Source: a virus
Lineage: Duplodnaviria; Heunggongvirae; Uroviricota; Caudoviricetes
Reading direction: 5' to 3' (one strand)
IMG/VR virus record: IMGVR_UViG_2681813166_000002
Span: 1 to 36,955 of that record
DNA: 36,955 nucleotides
This document shows positions 1 through 8,490 of this stretch, one piece after another. Position 1 is the first letter of the stretch. Every line of letters begins with the position of its first letter. A program made the position numbers and the translations under genes. Under the pieces are notes generated by a model, which had not been told where the DNA came from, did no database searches, and saw only the letters and a program-made list of their open reading frames with translations.

Positions 1-333
1 ACTTTCGTCGCGATAGATGATCGGGGATTCAGTAACATTCACGCCGGAAGTAAACTCAAACAGGGCTCTGGCGTCATTCTCGTACTGTTTTCCCCAGGCC
101 AGCGCCTTAGCGTTAACTTCCGGAGCCACACCGGTGCAAATCTCAGCCAGCAGGGTGTGAAAGTAGGACATTTTCATGTCAGGCCACTTTTTACCGGAGC
201 GGGGTTTTGCTATCACATTGTGAACTTCTGAAGCCGTGATGACGCCGAGTCGTAATTTGTTCCACGCATCATCTCCCTGTTCGACAGCTCTCACGTCGAT
301 CCCGGTACGCTGCAGGATAATGTCCGGTGTCAT
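1..333 (-). CDS. exo: Lambda exonuclease (Red alpha), N-terminal 111 codons; C-terminus lies beyond the window start
   Basis: Reverse-strand translation begins [24 protein letters not shown]..., recognised as lambda Exo; its ATG overlaps the bet stop (GCATGA). Confidence 0.9.
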   Translation of the reverse strand, partial: MTPDIILQRTGIDVRAVEQGDDAWNKLRLGVITASEVHNVIAKPRSGKKWPDMKMSYFHTLLAEICTGVAPEVNAKALAWGKQYENDARALFEFTSGVNVTESPIIYRDES

Positions 334-1115
334 GCAGCCACCTTCTGCTCAGAGGCTTTCTGTTTCAGGAATCCAAGAGCTTTCACTGCTTCGGCCTGTG
401 TCAGTTCTGACGATGCGCGAATGTCGCGGCGAAATATCTGGGAACAGAGCGGCAATAAGTCGTCATCCCATGTTTTATCCAGGGCGATCAGCAGAGTGTT
501 AATCTCCTGCATGGTTTCATCGTTAACCGGAGTGATGTCGCGTTCCGGCTGACGTTCTGCAGTGTATGCGGTATTTTCGACAATGCGCTCGGCTTCATCC
601 TTGTCATAGATACCAGCAAATCCGAAGGCCAGACGGGCACACTGAATCATGGCTTTATGACGTAACATCCGTTTGGGATGCGACTGCCACGGCCCCGTGA
701 TTTCTCTGCCTTCGCGGGTTTTGAATGGTTCGCGGCGGCATTCATCCATCCACTCGGTAACGCAGATCGGATGATTACGGTCCTTGCGGTAAATCCGGCA
801 TGTGCAGGATTCATTGTCCTGCTCAAAGTCCATGCCATCAAACTGCTGGTTTTCATTGATGATACGGGACCAGCCATCAACGCCCACCACCGGAACGATG
901 CCGTTCTGCTTATCAGGGAAGGCGTAAATTTCTTTCGTCCACGGATTAAGGCCGTACTGGTTGGCGACGATCAACAATGCGATGAACTGCGCATCGCTGG
1001 CATCACCTTTAAATGCCGTCTGGCGAAGAGTGGTGATCAGTTCCTGTGGGTCGACAGAATCCATGCCGACACGTTCAGCCAGCTTCCCTGCCAGCGTTGC
1101 GAGTGCTGTACTCAT
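330..1115 (-). CDS. bet: Bet / Red beta single-strand annealing protein
   Basis: 261-aa [41 protein letters not shown]... matches my recollection of lambda Bet along its full length. Confidence 0.95.
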   Translation of the reverse strand: MSTALATLAGKLAERVGMDSVDPQELITTLRQTAFKGDASDAQFIALLIVANQYGLNPWTKEIYAFPDKQNGIVPVVGVDGWSRIINENQQFDGMDFEQDNESCTCRIYRKDRNHPICVTEWMDECRREPFKTREGREITGPWQSHPKRMLRHKAMIQCARLAFGFAGIYDKDEAERIVENTAYTAERQPERDITPVNDETMQEINTLLIALDKTWDDDLLPLCSQIFRRDIRASSELTQAEAVKALGFLKQKASEQKVAA

Positions 1116-1120
1116 CCGTT

Positions 1121-1417
1121 TTATACCTCTGAATCAATATCAACCTGATGGTGAGCAATGGTTTCAACCATGTACCGGATGTGTTCTGCCATGCGCTCCT
1201 GAAACTCAACATCGTCATCAAACGCACGGGTAATGGCTTTTTTGCTGGCCCCGTGGCGTTGCAAATGATCGATGCATAGCGATTCAAACAGGTGCTGGGG
1301 CAGGCCTTTTTCCATGTCGTCTGCCAGTTCTGCCTCTTTCTCTTCACGGGCGATCTGCTGGTAGTGACGCGCCCAGCTCTGAGCCTCAAGACGATCCTGA
1401 ATGTAATAAGCGTTCAT
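1121..1417 (-). CDS. gam: Gam (RecBCD inhibitor), 98-aa short form
   Basis: [34 protein letters not shown]... recognised as lambda GamS; position immediately upstream of bet. Confidence 0.92.
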   Translation of the reverse strand: MNAYYIQDRLEAQSWARHYQQIAREEKEAELADDMEKGLPQHLFESLCIDHLQRHGASKKAITRAFDDDVEFQERMAEHIRYMVETIAHHQVDIDSEV

Positions 1418-1492
1418 GGCTGAACTCCTGAAAATGGCTGTGAAAATATCGCCCGCGAAATGCCAGGCTGATTAGGAAAACAGGAAAGGGGA

Positions 1493-1699
1493 TTAGTGAT
1501 TCAGGCCGTTACCGCGTCCGTCGAGAAAAACTTCCACGAGCAAATCACGGGTATAAGTGCGCTCGATGCCGCGATGCAGATATAGCCGTCCGCGTAAATT
1601 AGCTGATGCTGTCCAGGTGCCATCTTTGTGCTTAACCAGCATTCCTGGCCGGACGGCACCGCGATTGACGGTCTGTGTGCCGTAATGTTGATGAACCAT
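1493..1699 (-). CDS. Small pL-operon protein in the kil/cIII position, function unassigned
   Basis: 68-aa ORF with AGGAG RBS 5 nt upstream of ATG; sits between pL and gam. Confidence 0.5.
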   Translation of the reverse strand: MVHQHYGTQTVNRGAVRPGMLVKHKDGTWTASANLRGRLYLHRGIERTYTRDLLVEVFLDGRGNGLNH

Positions 1700-1739
1700 A
1701 AAAACTCCTGCCCGTAAGCTGGGCTGCTGAACATATGAA

Positions 1740-1978
1740 GACTTCTGCGCTTAATCTGGCGGTGGATGGCCGCCGTTAGTCATAACTAAGCCGCCTCGGT
1801 GAAGCGACTGAGGTATGAAGTGTTGAGTTGATTCCAGATGGTCACACCGACGTTCACACGTCCGTTTCACCCCTCGCACTCCCCGGAACCTGCTGAAATT
1901 CAAGCTGCGGATCTAAGCGGTCATCGCAACGGTGAAGCGGGTGAACTGGTGGTTGCCCCATCGCTGTGTCGTTGCGAT
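1740..1978 (-). other. Long GC-rich untranslated leader of the pL transcript with nested inverted repeats
   Basis: No ORF of useful size on the minus strand; stems such as CCATCGC...GCGATGG and ATCGCAAC...GTTGCGAT are visible. Confidence 0.3.
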
Positions 1979-1984
1979 GGAATG

Positions 1985-2060
1985 ATAATAGCTATTGCTA
2001 TTGGCTATATCAATACGTATTGTTATTGCTTGATGCGATTGGTTATTAAATCATTGATAG
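1985..2060 (-). promoter_or_regulatory. Candidate pL promoter and OL operators
   Basis: Minus strand reads TTGATA, 17-bp spacer, TATTAT (plus coordinates 2008-2013 and 1985-1990); motifs ATAGCTATTGCTATTGGCTAT and CGTATTGTTATTGCTTG recur in the OR region. Confidence 0.45.
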
Positions 2061-2154
2061 CAAAAAGAATTTATTTTGTGGTTTGCATCGCGTAGCGATA
2101 GCTGAAGTGAGATTGTGGTTGTTTTTTAGACGTTGAGTGTGTTGGGGAAGGGGG

Positions 2155-2186
2155 GAAGAAAACCCGGCGCGGTGGCCGGGTTATGG
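2155..2186 (-). terminator. Intrinsic terminator after the rex-position cassette
   Basis: Minus strand CCCGGC-caccgc-GCCGGG followed by TTTTCTT, immediately after the stop of the 130-aa ORF. Confidence 0.5.
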
Positions 2187-2573
2187 TTTTTTCATGTATA
2201 AATTTACGAGCAAAGTTATGACTGGCATTGCAACGGATAAGAGAAGAATTCCGAGCATCCAAGCCTTTAAATTACCTGTTTTTACTTCGACAAAATCCTT
2301 ACTTGCTTTATGAGATAACTTTTCGTCAATATCTACAAGTTTTTGAAGTATCGTAGAAACATCAGTTTTTATAGAAGAGGTAATTTTTGTCAGCTCTCTC
2401 ACATCCGCGCGAGTTTCCGCTAAGTTTATCTTGATGTTTTCAACGTCGGCTTCAAGTTTTGCAACTCTGACCTCGAGCATGCCATTCCCCCCACCATCAC
2501 TACCACCGTTTTTATGGTTATTTCTATCATCCCCCTCAGGGAAAAGAGGAGCAATATTATCAAAAGGATTCAT
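2181..2573 (-). CDS. Hypothetical membrane-anchored coiled-coil protein (Gly-rich N-terminus, C-terminal TM helix)
   Basis: 130-aa ORF in an AT-rich segment; heptad-like LEVRVAKLEADVENIKINLAETRADVREL; hydrophobic tail WMLGILLLSVAMPVITLLVNLYM. Confidence 0.6.
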   Translation of the reverse strand: MNPFDNIAPLFPEGDDRNNHKNGGSDGGGNGMLEVRVAKLEADVENIKINLAETRADVRELTKITSSIKTDVSTILQKLVDIDEKLSHKASKDFVEVKTGNLKAWMLGILLLSVAMPVITLLVNLYMKKP

Positions 2574-2593
2574 TTATTCTGGCCCGGATGTCA

Positions 2594-2992
2594 TTATTGG
2601 TCAACTTCGTTATTCTTTAGCCAGTAGAAAACAAGCCATGCCAAATAACTTGTAACGAATCCGCAATGTTTGCATATCACTCTAAACTCATAATCCATTA
2701 AGTTTTCTTTTGTCATATTCCATTGCTCATTACTATGTGGAGCATCAACCTTGTAAAGCCTTAAAACAGTATATTTTTCAATATTATTAAGATCTGTTTT
2801 CCCTTCCTTGCTGTTGAATTTATCCCAATGCCAGTCTTGCACTGCTATAAGTTCAGCCTTACCGCAAGATAAGCAGTTATGATTTGCCCCAACATGCTTT
2901 AAATATGCAGAAAATTGAGCGGTTGTAATATTTTTCACTTTATTATGAAAATCAGATACTTCATCACTTACAGATTTGTCATCATTACTCAT
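2594..2992 (-). CDS. Hypothetical zinc-ribbon protein with hydrophobic C-terminus
   Basis: 132-aa ORF in an AT-rich segment; two CxxC pairs (CLSCGK, CKHCGF); C-terminal YLAWLVFYWL. Confidence 0.6.
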   Translation of the reverse strand: MSNDDKSVSDEVSDFHNKVKNITTAQFSAYLKHVGANHNCLSCGKAELIAVQDWHWDKFNSKEGKTDLNNIEKYTVLRLYKVDAPHSNEQWNMTKENLMDYEFRVICKHCGFVTSYLAWLVFYWLKNNEVDQ

Positions 2993-3067
2993 TTTTGGTG
3001 CCTTATATCAAGTGATGCGTGGAGTTAATCAGGGGGCAGGTATTCATGAATATAAATAGCAAGATTT

Positions 3068-3760
3068 TTATCCATGCTTCCTGTACGTCTGCGGCATGCT
3101 CCCGATGACTTTCCCGAAGATGAACACTCGGTTCATCTCGTCTTTCTCGATCGGGTCCCACGGTGAGTAGCTCTTGTTATCAGAGATAACCAGCAGCTTA
3201 TCCTTCATCATTTGCAGACGTTTTACATGAGCGGTTTCGTCGTAGAGGAACGCATAAATCCCATCGCCGTCGAACGATTTGACGCTGATATCGACGAACA
3301 GCAGGTCACCTGGTTCGATCGTTCCTGACATGCTGTCGCCACGCACGTTAATAATGCGGATGTTTTCTGCTTTGCGGCCATCAAACATGTGACGCGCATC
3401 ATCATGGGAGTACTCAACCGATCGCAAAACTTCAACGAACTCACGGTTAATGACGCCTGGCCCTGCACTTACTTCCATATCAAGAACGTCAATCTTGAAG
3501 TATTTGGAAGAGCAGGTCGCCGGTTTTCCTGGCTGAACGCCATTATCCCTCATAGGGCCTATGCCTGAGGAAAGCCATTCAGTGCGAACCCCAAGTGCAT
3601 TAGCGATTTCGACAATTCTTGTAGATCCGCGTGCATTGCCGCTTGTCAGTCTCCAGATTGTGGGTTGAGCTACACCAGACGCCTTTGCAAGAGCGCCTTG
3701 AGACATTCCAGATTGTTCCATCGCTAGGTTTAAGCGATCAGCAAGAGTTTCTTTTTTCAT
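3068..3760 (-). CDS. cI: CI-type prophage repressor (HTH plus S24 LexA-like peptidase domain)
   Basis: HTH-like N-terminus (QGALAKASGVAQPTIWRL) and C-terminal S24-like segments (GDSMSGTIEPGDLLFVD, VKRL); start set at ATG 3760 (MKKETLADR...); the ORF track extends to a TTG at 3796. Confidence 0.88.
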   Translation of the reverse strand: MKKETLADRLNLAMEQSGMSQGALAKASGVAQPTIWRLTSGNARGSTRIVEIANALGVRTEWLSSGIGPMRDNGVQPGKPATCSSKYFKIDVLDMEVSAGPGVINREFVEVLRSVEYSHDDARHMFDGRKAENIRIINVRGDSMSGTIEPGDLLFVDISVKSFDGDGIYAFLYDETAHVKRLQMMKDKLLVISDNKSYSPWDPIEKDEMNRVFIFGKVIGSMPQTYRKHG

Positions 3761-3870
3761 AAGTTTTAATTTATACGCTTGCGTATCGATGGTCAAAACA
3801 CGTTTTGCTATTGCTATGCTTAATACGCATTGCTATTATTTGTTCATTGCAATACCAATAGGAATTGATA
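3761..3870. promoter_or_regulatory. OR region with divergent pRM (leftward) and pR (rightward) and repeated operator motifs
   Basis: pR: TTGCTA (3811-3816), 17-bp spacer, TATTAT (3834-3839). pRM on minus strand: TTGACC (3791-3796) and TATAAA (3770-3775). Repeated TTGCTATTGCTAT and CATTGCTATTAT motifs; ATTGCAAT palindrome. Confidence 0.55.
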
Positions 3871-4098
3871 ATGACAAATCAAACCATTCAACTCGCAATC
3901 AGTATTACAGGTAGTCAAAAACGACTGGCAGATCTATGCGGTGTAGCCCAACCCACTGTTTGGCGTTGGCTACACGGTGGCGGAATTGATGCCCGCTATG
4001 TAATGAAAATTGTCTCAGCCACTGGTGGAAAGATTAAACCAGCAGATATTCGTCCCGACCTCGCACCATTGTTTAACGCGAGTAATTCTGCCGCCTAA
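3871..4098 (+). CDS. cro: Cro-like HTH regulator
   Basis: 75-aa ORF divergent from cI; HTH-like QKRLADLCGVAQPTVWRW; AGGA RBS 7 nt upstream of ATG 3871. Confidence 0.75.
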   Translation: MTNQTIQLAISITGSQKRLADLCGVAQPTVWRWLHGGGIDARYVMKIVSATGGKIKPADIRPDLAPLFNASNSAA

Positions 4099-4122
4099 AC
4101 TGCGGCGTTAACTGATAAGGCA

Positions 4123-4668
4123 ATGACTATGCAACCACTTACATACCAACAGACTAGCGGATTTAGCCCGACTGCGGTGATAAATCGTTCTCAAACAAAA
4201 CAAGCTCCAGGCCACGAAAAAATCCGTGATGCCGTCCGCGCCTGGTCGGCTGCAGATAATCAGGATGTTGTTGCCGCACTCATTGTGAATGAGTATCGGG
4301 AGCAGGGCGGCGGCACCATCGATTTCCCTGATGATGTCAGCCGTGCACGCCAGAAGCTGTTCCGCTTCCTCGATAACAAATTCGATTCTGAAAAATACCG
4401 AAATAACGTGCGTGAACTGACCCCGGCAATTCTGGCGGTACTACCGCTGGAATATCGTGGTTACTTGGTTGAGCAGGATAGCTTCATGGCTAGGTTGGCT
4501 GAAATGGAAAAGGAACTCAGTGAGGCAAAACAGGCTGTCATTCTCAACGCACCACGCCACCAGAAACTGAAGGAGATGAGTGAAGGCATTGTGTCGATGT
4601 TTCGTGTGGACCCGGATTTGGCTGGTCCACTGATGGCGATGGTCACCACCATGCTGGGGGCAATATGA
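4123..4668 (+). CDS. Hypothetical protein in the cII position (181 aa), possibly a CII/YdaT-like regulator
   Basis: ORF between cro and O; not recognisable as lambda CII; function inferred from position only. Confidence 0.55.
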   Translation: MTMQPLTYQQTSGFSPTAVINRSQTKQAPGHEKIRDAVRAWSAADNQDVVAALIVNEYREQGGGTIDFPDDVSRARQKLFRFLDNKFDSEKYRNNVRELTPAILAVLPLEYRGYLVEQDSFMARLAEMEKELSEAKQAVILNAPRHQKLKEMSEGIVSMFRVDPDLAGPLMAMVTTMLGAI

Positions 4669-4754
4669 CAGGTTCAGAAATGGCGAAAGCCGGTCTGCGC
4701 GAACAGAACCGACTTTCAGGTGCAAATCGTAACACACTCATTGCGGGAGGAATT

Positions 4755-5684
4755 ATGGCAAACACTGCTGAGATATTCAATTTTCCAGTGCCGGATGAGG
4801 CACAAAAGGAGCGGCGCGTGGCAGATCTCGATGATGGTTATACGCGCATTGCAAATGAGTTGCTGGAAGCTGTAATGCTGGCAGGATTAACACAGCACCA
4901 GCTTCTGGTCTTCCTGGCTGTCATGCGCAAAACATATGGCTTTAATAAAAAACTGGATTGGGTGAGCAACGAGCAACTTTCCGAATTGACCGGGATATTG
5001 CCGCACAAGTGTTCTGCTGCAAAAAGCGTTCTGGTAAAGCGTGGGATTCTTATTCAGAGCGGGCGGAATATCGGCATCAATAATGTGGTCAGTGAATGGT
5101 CAACATTACCCGAATCAGGTAAGAAAAATAAAGTTTACCTGAAAGAGGTAAATTTACCTGAATCAGGTAAGAAAAGTTTACCCAAATCAGGTAAAGGCGT
5201 TTACCCGAATCAGGTAAACACAAAAGACAAACTAACAAAAGACAATATAAAACCTTTTTCGTCCGAGAATTCTGGCGAATCCTCTGACCAACCAGAAAAC
5301 GATCTTCCTGTGGTGAAACCAGATGCTGCAATTCAGAGCGGCAGCAAGTGGGGGACAGCAGAAGACCTGACCGCCGCAGAGTGGATGTTTGACATGGTGA
5401 AGACTATCGCACCATCAGCCAGAAAACCGAATTTTGCTGGGTGGGCTAACGATATCCGCCTGATGCGTGAACGTGACGGACGTAACCACCGCGACATGTG
5501 CGTGCTGTTCCGCTGGGCATGCCAGGACAACTTCTGGTCCGGTAACGTGCTGAGTCCGGCCAAACTCCGCGACAAGTGGACCCAGCTCGAAATCAACCGA
5601 AACAAGCAACAGGCTGGCGTGACAGCCGGCAAACCAAAACTCGACCTGACGAACACTGACTGGATTTACGGGGTGGATTTATGA
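4755..5684 (+). CDS. O: Replication initiator O
   Basis: MANTAEIFNFPVPDEAQKERRVADLDDGY... and a C-terminal half (ENSGESSDQPENDL...TNTDWIYGVDL) matching my recollection of lambda O; GGGAGG RBS; track ORF extends upstream to 4665. Confidence 0.92.
   Translation: MANTAEIFNFPVPDEAQKERRVADLDDGYTRIANELLEAVMLAGLTQHQLLVFLAVMRKTYGFNKKLDWVSNEQLSELTGILPHKCSAAKSVLVKRGILIQSGRNIGINNVVSEWSTLPESGKKNKVYLKEVNLPESGKKSLPKSGKGVYPNQVNTKDKLTKDNIKPFSSENSGESSDQPENDLPVVKPDAAIQSGSKWGTAEDLTAAEWMFDMVKTIAPSARKPNFAGWANDIRLMRERDGRNHRDMCVLFRWACQDNFWSGNVLSPAKLRDKWTQLEINRNKQQAGVTAGKPKLDLTNTDWIYGVDL
5105..5262. repeat. Replication origin: five ~19-bp palindromic iterons followed by an AT-rich tract, inside O
   Basis: ATTACCCGAATCAGGTAAG, TTTACCTGAAAGAGGTAAA, TTTACCTGAATCAGGTAAG, TTTACCCAAATCAGGTAAA, TTTACCCGAATCAGGTAAA, then ACAAAAGACAAACTAACAAAAGACAATATAAAACC. 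Confidence 0.8.
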
Positions 5685-6382
5685 AAAACATCGCCGCACA
5701 GATGGTTAACTTTGACCGTGAGCAGATGCGCCGGATCGCCAACAACATGCCGGAACAGTACGACGAAAAGCCGCAGGTACAGCAGGTAGCGCAGATCATC
5801 AATGGTGTGTTCAGCCAGTTACTGGCAACTTTCCCTGCGAGCCTGGCTAACCGGGATCAGAACGAACTGAACGAAATCCGCCGCCAGTGGGTTCTGGCTT
5901 TCCGGGAAAACGGGATCACCACAATGGAACAGGTTAACGCAGGAATGCGCGTAGCCCGTCGGCAGAATCGACCATTCCTGCCATCACCCGGGCAGTTTGT
6001 TGCCTGGTGCCGGGAAGAAGCATCCGTTACCGCCGGGCTGCCAAACGCCAGCGAGCTGGTTGATATGGTTTACGAGTATTGCCGGAAGCGTGGCCTGTAT
6101 CCGGACGCAGAGTCTTATCCATGGAAATCAAACGCGCACTACTGGCTGGTTACCAACCTGTACCAGAACATGCGGGCCAATGCGCTTACTGATGCGGAAT
6201 TACGGCGCAAGGCTGCCGATGAACTGTCCTGTATGACCGCGCGAATTAACCGTGGTGAGGCGATACCTGAACCAGTAAAACAGCTTCCTGTCATGGGCGG
6301 TAGACCTTTAAATCGTGCACAGGCTTTGGCGAAGATCGCAGAAATCAAAGCTAAGTTCGGACTGAAAGGAGCAAGTGTATGA
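5681..6382 (+). CDS. P: Replication protein P (DnaB helicase loader)
   Basis: 233-aa ORF MKNIAAQMVNFDREQMRRIANNMPEQYDEKPQ... matches my recollection of lambda P. Confidence 0.95.
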   Translation: MKNIAAQMVNFDREQMRRIANNMPEQYDEKPQVQQVAQIINGVFSQLLATFPASLANRDQNELNEIRRQWVLAFRENGITTMEQVNAGMRVARRQNRPFLPSPGQFVAWCREEASVTAGLPNASELVDMVYEYCRKRGLYPDAESYPWKSNAHYWLVTNLYQNMRANALTDAELRRKAADELSCMTARINRGEAIPEPVKQLPVMGGRPLNRAQALAKIAEIKAKFGLKGASV

Positions 6383-6666
6383 CGGGCAAAGAGGCAATTA
6401 TTCATTACCTGGGGACTCATAAGAACTTCTGTGCGCAGGACGTTGCCGCGGTAACAGGCGCAACCGTAACCAGTATAAATCAGGCTGCGGCTAAAATGGC
6501 GCGGGCAGGAATCCTGGTCGTTGATGGTAAGGTCTGGCGAACGGTGTATTACCGGTTCGCTACCAGAGAAGAACGGGAAGGAAAGGTGAGCACGAATCTG
6601 ATTTTTAAGGAGTGTCGTCAAAGTGCCGCGATGAAGCGGGTGTTGGCTTTATATGGAAGAGAGTAG
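6379..6666 (+). CDS. ren: Ren
   Basis: 95-aa ORF MTGKEAIIHYLGTHKNFCAQDVAAVTGATVTSINQAAAKMARAG... recognised as lambda Ren. Confidence 0.9.
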   Translation: MTGKEAIIHYLGTHKNFCAQDVAAVTGATVTSINQAAAKMARAGILVVDGKVWRTVYYRFATREEREGKVSTNLIFKECRQSAAMKRVLALYGRE

Positions 6667-6730
6667 GTATGAGCAATTATTGTTACTAATTTTAGTTTTA
6701 CGACATTCGTGATAACTAAATAATTGATGT

Positions 6731-6985
6731 GTGGAACTGAATTATAAAGGGGATGATGTTTTGGGAAATAAAGAAAATATCGATTGTAAGCACACAAGAA
6801 GCTCATGCTATAAAAACAAGCAGATGAAAGATGTTATTTATATTACATTGCCTAAACTCACTGAAGAAGAAGTAGAGATTTTTAAGGGACCAATGCATAA
6901 AGCATTGCTTGCAGGGGTAAATGTTACAAAAAAGGCAGTTTCTGATGCCCTGCTAAACAAAGGGATAAAAGTTGAATTTAAATAG
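6731..6985 (+). CDS. Hypothetical small protein in AT-rich insertion; start uncertain (GTG 6731 or ATG 6824)
   Basis: 84-aa ORF on the track; weak translation signals; convergent with the 472-aa gene. Confidence 0.3.
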   Translation: MELNYKGDDVLGNKENIDCKHTRSSCYKNKQMKDVIYITLPKLTEEEVEIFKGPMHKALLAGVNVTKKAVSDALLNKGIKVEFK

Positions 6986-6996
6986 AGTAATTCAGT

Positions 6997-7028
6997 GGCA
7001 ACAATAGCACTCATTTGTGAGTGCTGTT
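6997..7028. terminator. Hairpin between convergent genes; possible bidirectional terminator
   Basis: AGCACTCA-tttg-TGAGTGCT perfect 8-bp stem with flanking extension; no clear U-tract on either strand. Confidence 0.35.
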
Positions 7029-7036
7029 GAAATTTA

Positions 7037-8455
7037 TTAGAAAATAATGTTTGCTATATCCGAGATAGCATTTAAAGAACCTCTGTGGTCACTTCCTGTT
7101 TTAGGTAAAATATAGGAATATCGAGGGTCTTCATTATATGTTAACTTCCAGTGTTTTCCATCGCTTGACGCACTGAAACCTAAGTCCTTTAAATTTCTTT
7201 GTGTTGCGCTATCCATGCTTCTGTAACCTGTTAAAGTCCTTTTAAGTAATTGGCGGCGACTCTCGGTTTCTTTATTGTATTCATTATTGGCAATTAGGGA
7301 TGATAAGATATGGTAGCTTCTACCAAATTCATTTTTATTTTTTATGGCAGTTTTTAGTGCGTCAATAATTATATTTTTGATTTCTCCATCAAAAAAGTCA
7401 GTCTCTTCACCAGCATTAAGCACAATGCTTCCTTGGGCTGAAGCTTGTGATTGAAGAGTGCGTACTCTGTGCTCTAAAGAGGAGATCTTATGCTTAAGAT
7501 CTTCTATTTGGTCATCTTTCGCAACATTATCGGCTTCGTAAAGCGCCATCAGTTCGCGTGTGTATTCTCCTCTTTCTTTGAGTGAGTTAATAGAGTCTTT
7601 CGTTTTTCTGGTTTGTATCTCACTCCATCCACTATCTGAGACAGGAGCCATTGTAGTCGTAGCTCTTACAACATCATCAAATAACTCATCTTCAAATTCT
7701 TTTGCGGTTTTCTCACCACGGCGATAAAAACTGATATTTTGACCCCGTGGCCAATAGATACCAACAGCACCAGCATAGGCATTTTTAGCATTTGTCTCAT
7801 TTTTTAGCTTAATAGAAAATAGTCTATTGCTAGGCTCAATTAATACATGTGCTAATCCGCATACCTTTCTTGCAAGGCGTTCTGGGATGATATTGTGAGC
7901 ATGTTCATTAAAAAAATACTTGGAGCTAACGTATATTATTGGTAGTCTGTTGTCAGTTTCACCATTTATAACTTTAGCTGCTATATTTAAATGTTCATCA
8001 GTATCATCTAAGGAATGAGGTTCGACTGACACCTTGAAAATATCATCAAGACCACCAGAAAATTTATCAATCAATCTCATAACAACTAATGGTTTCTTAG
8101 GTTGCGGGGCTAGATAAGCTGCATCTTGGCTTACAACGCTAGATTCCACCTGAATCCACATGGTATCAGTTTTGAGATTTTTATTAATTGAAATATCTGT
8201 TACCCATTTGTGTGGCTCAGATATTTTCGAATACCTAAAACAGCCTAAACTAGTATCTTTGTTTTTATAAGTTATTATATCAATTCTTTCATTTTTAGAC
8301 TCTATGAAGTACTCCTCGCTTTTATAATCACATACTAATTGTGCTGGAATAAAAGTTGTATGTGGTGAGTCGTTTACCCAAGAAAAACATTCATTAAAGA
8401 TCTCAGCTAGAGATGTGGAGTTTGAAACATAAAAACCAGTTGAGAAATATTTCAT
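7037..8455 (-). CDS. Hypothetical 472-aa orphan protein, candidate accessory or defence gene
   Basis: Long intact ORF in markedly AT-rich DNA, opposite strand to flanking phage genes; AAGGAAA RBS 7 nt upstream of ATG; no motif I recognise. Confidence 0.75.
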   Translation of the reverse strand: MKYFSTGFYVSNSTSLAEIFNECFSWVNDSPHTTFIPAQLVCDYKSEEYFIESKNERIDIITYKNKDTSLGCFRYSKISEPHKWVTDISINKNLKTDTMWIQVESSVVSQDAAYLAPQPKKPLVVMRLIDKFSGGLDDIFKVSVEPHSLDDTDEHLNIAAKVINGETDNRLPIIYVSSKYFFNEHAHNIIPERLARKVCGLAHVLIEPSNRLFSIKLKNETNAKNAYAGAVGIYWPRGQNISFYRRGEKTAKEFEDELFDDVVRATTTMAPVSDSGWSEIQTRKTKDSINSLKERGEYTRELMALYEADNVAKDDQIEDLKHKISSLEHRVRTLQSQASAQGSIVLNAGEETDFFDGEIKNIIIDALKTAIKNKNEFGRSYHILSSLIANNEYNKETESRRQLLKRTLTGYRSMDSATQRNLKDLGFSASSDGKHWKLTYNEDPRYSYILPKTGSDHRGSLNAISDIANIIF

Positions 8456-8472
8456 GAAATTTCCTTATTAAA

Positions 8473-8490
8473 AATGAGATTAATCTCATT
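8473..8490. promoter_or_regulatory. Perfect 18-bp palindrome in the 5' region of the 472-aa gene; candidate operator
   Basis: AATGAGATTAATCTCATT is its own reverse complement and lies between a promoter-like region and the RBS. Confidence 0.3.

Noticed and set aside
236-1233. Plus-strand ORFs of 88, 156 and 90 aa overlapping exo and bet
   Set aside because: Opposite strand of near-certain lambda Red genes; spurious.
1700-2000. Search for an N antiterminator gene
   Set aside because: No ORF of suitable size or composition on the minus strand between pL and the first pL-operon gene; reported as absence, not as a feature.
1838-2095. 85-aa plus-strand ORF across the pL/OL region
   Set aside because: Lies across promoter/operator repeats and the structured leader; no RBS; likely non-coding.
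5100-5220. Possible CRISPR-like short repeats
   Set aside because: Repeats are ~19 bp with only 1-5 bp between them, sit inside the O reading frame, and match ori iteron architecture, not repeat-spacer structure.
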